DNA of 64,000 nucleotides from Patescibacteria group bacterium (GTDB lineage Bacteria; Patescibacteriota; Patescibacteriia; Patescibacteriales; UBA12465): NCBI GenBank assembly GCA_041658665.1, contig JBAZZR010000001.1, positions 320,576 to 384,575 of the forward strand, read 5' to 3'. Shown piece by piece: positions 63,211 to 64,000 of this stretch (position 1 is its first letter; each line of letters starts with the position of its first letter). The notes under the pieces were generated by a model. It saw only the letters and a program-made list of their open reading frames with translations, ran no database searches and was not told where the DNA came from. The position numbers and the translations under genes were made by a program.

Positions 63211-64000
63211 ATGATTTATTTAAAGTCGGCTGAAGAGATTAGAATAATTAAAGAGGGTGGCCGACGTCTGTCGCTTATTTTAAGCTCGCTCGTAGCGGCT
63301 TTAAAGCCCGGTCTAAGCACCGATTACCTCGAAGATCTAGCTAACCGCCTAATTGAGAAAGAGGGCGGTCGGAGCGCTTTTAAGGACTATCCGATGGGTG
63401 GCGATTTATTTTTTCCTTCGACTTTATGCGTCTCTATTAATAACGAAGTTGTTCATGGCTCTTCTTTGCCAGCGCGAATTATTAAAAGCGGCGATATTGT
63501 CGATTTAGATATTGGTATGGAATGGCCGGTGAGAGAAAAAGAACGTCAAGAATTTAACGCCCCGCTTAATACCTTGTCTAAATATGGGGGGTTCTTTACG
63601 GATATGTGTCGAACTATTGGCGTGGGAAAAATTAGTGCTTCGGCTAGAAAATTATTGCAAGTAACTCAAGAATGTCTAGACCTCGGAATTGCCGCCGCTC
63701 GGCCGGGACATAAAATAAATGATATCGCTAGAGCGGTAGAGACTCATGCCGAAAAAAATGGTTATGGCGTAGTGAGAGATTTGGTCGGCCACGGGGTTGG
63801 CTATTTAGCGCATGAAAAACCGGATGTTTTTAATTTTGTAATTAAAGAGACTGCTGCTGAAAACATTATTTTGCGTCCAGGTATGGTTATTGCGATTGAA
63901 CCAATGATTAACGCTGGTGATTGGTCAGTGAAAATGGCTGATAATGATTATACGGTTTTAACGGCTGATGATTCTTTAAGCGCTCATTTCGAACATACGG
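63211..64000 (+). CDS. map: Methionine aminopeptidase type I (3' end outside window)
   Basis: Hand translation from the ATG at 63211 gives MIYLKSAEEIRIIKEGGRRL.., then VVHG, DIVDLDIG, VGHGVG and ..SAHFEHT at the window edge. It is missing from the ORF track because no stop falls inside the window. Confidence 0.9.
   Translation, partial: MIYLKSAEEIRIIKEGGRRLSLILSSLVAALKPGLSTDYLEDLANRLIEKEGGRSAFKDYPMGGDLFFPSTLCVSINNEVVHGSSLPARIIKSGDIVDLDIGMEWPVREKERQEFNAPLNTLSKYGGFFTDMCRTIGVGKISASARKLLQVTQECLDLGIAAARPGHKINDIARAVETHAEKNGYGVVRDLVGHGVGYLAHEKPDVFNFVIKETAAENIILRPGMVIAIEPMINAGDWSVKMADNDYTVLTADDSLSAHFEHT

Overview
This AT-rich, gene-dense window is almost entirely housekeeping. It looks like a reduced-genome bacterium of the Candidate Phyla Radiation / Patescibacteria type. 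That placement is an inference from four things: L30 is missing between S5 and L15, IleRS is type 2 and ProRS is the archaeal/eukaryote-like type, several proteins are truncated, and many ribosomal proteins carry low-complexity tails. The genetic code looks standard (RF2 present, TGA used as a stop). Gene order runs as follows. First come a methyltransferase (5' partial), ileS, an SPFH protein, NIF3, a U32 peptidase, ruvA, proS and mreBCD. Next is a roughly 13 kb envelope/glycan locus: PfkB kinase, RmlC-like cupin, HIT, rfbB, an orphan receiver, a second mreB, glycosyltransferases, an S8 protease with FG-GAP repeats, a UXS-like epimerase, and a convergent operon headed by a degenerate GspE/PilB-like ATPase. 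After that come a partial dcw/mur cluster (mraY-ftsW-murG-murC-ABC-murB), alaS, infA-rpmJ-rpsM-rpsK-rpsD-rpoA-rplQ-rplM-rpsI and prfB. A small minus-strand membrane-protein islet follows, then comEC, rpmB, an M50 protease with an unknown 438-aa protein, and the str operon. The window ends with the S10-spc cluster through secY, an orphan 98-aa gene and map (3' partial). I found no rRNA, tRNA, CRISPR array or transposase. Four candidates stand out as possibly novel. (1) Two unknown genes are inserted between fusA and tuf. (2) A protein with a caspase-like His/Cys dyad is coupled to the M50 protease. (3) A low-GC two-gene membrane islet sits behind a consensus promoter and a long structured leader. 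(4) A catalytically degenerate GspE-like protein leads a glycosyltransferase operon. All functional calls rest on motifs read by eye. No searches or computations were run.
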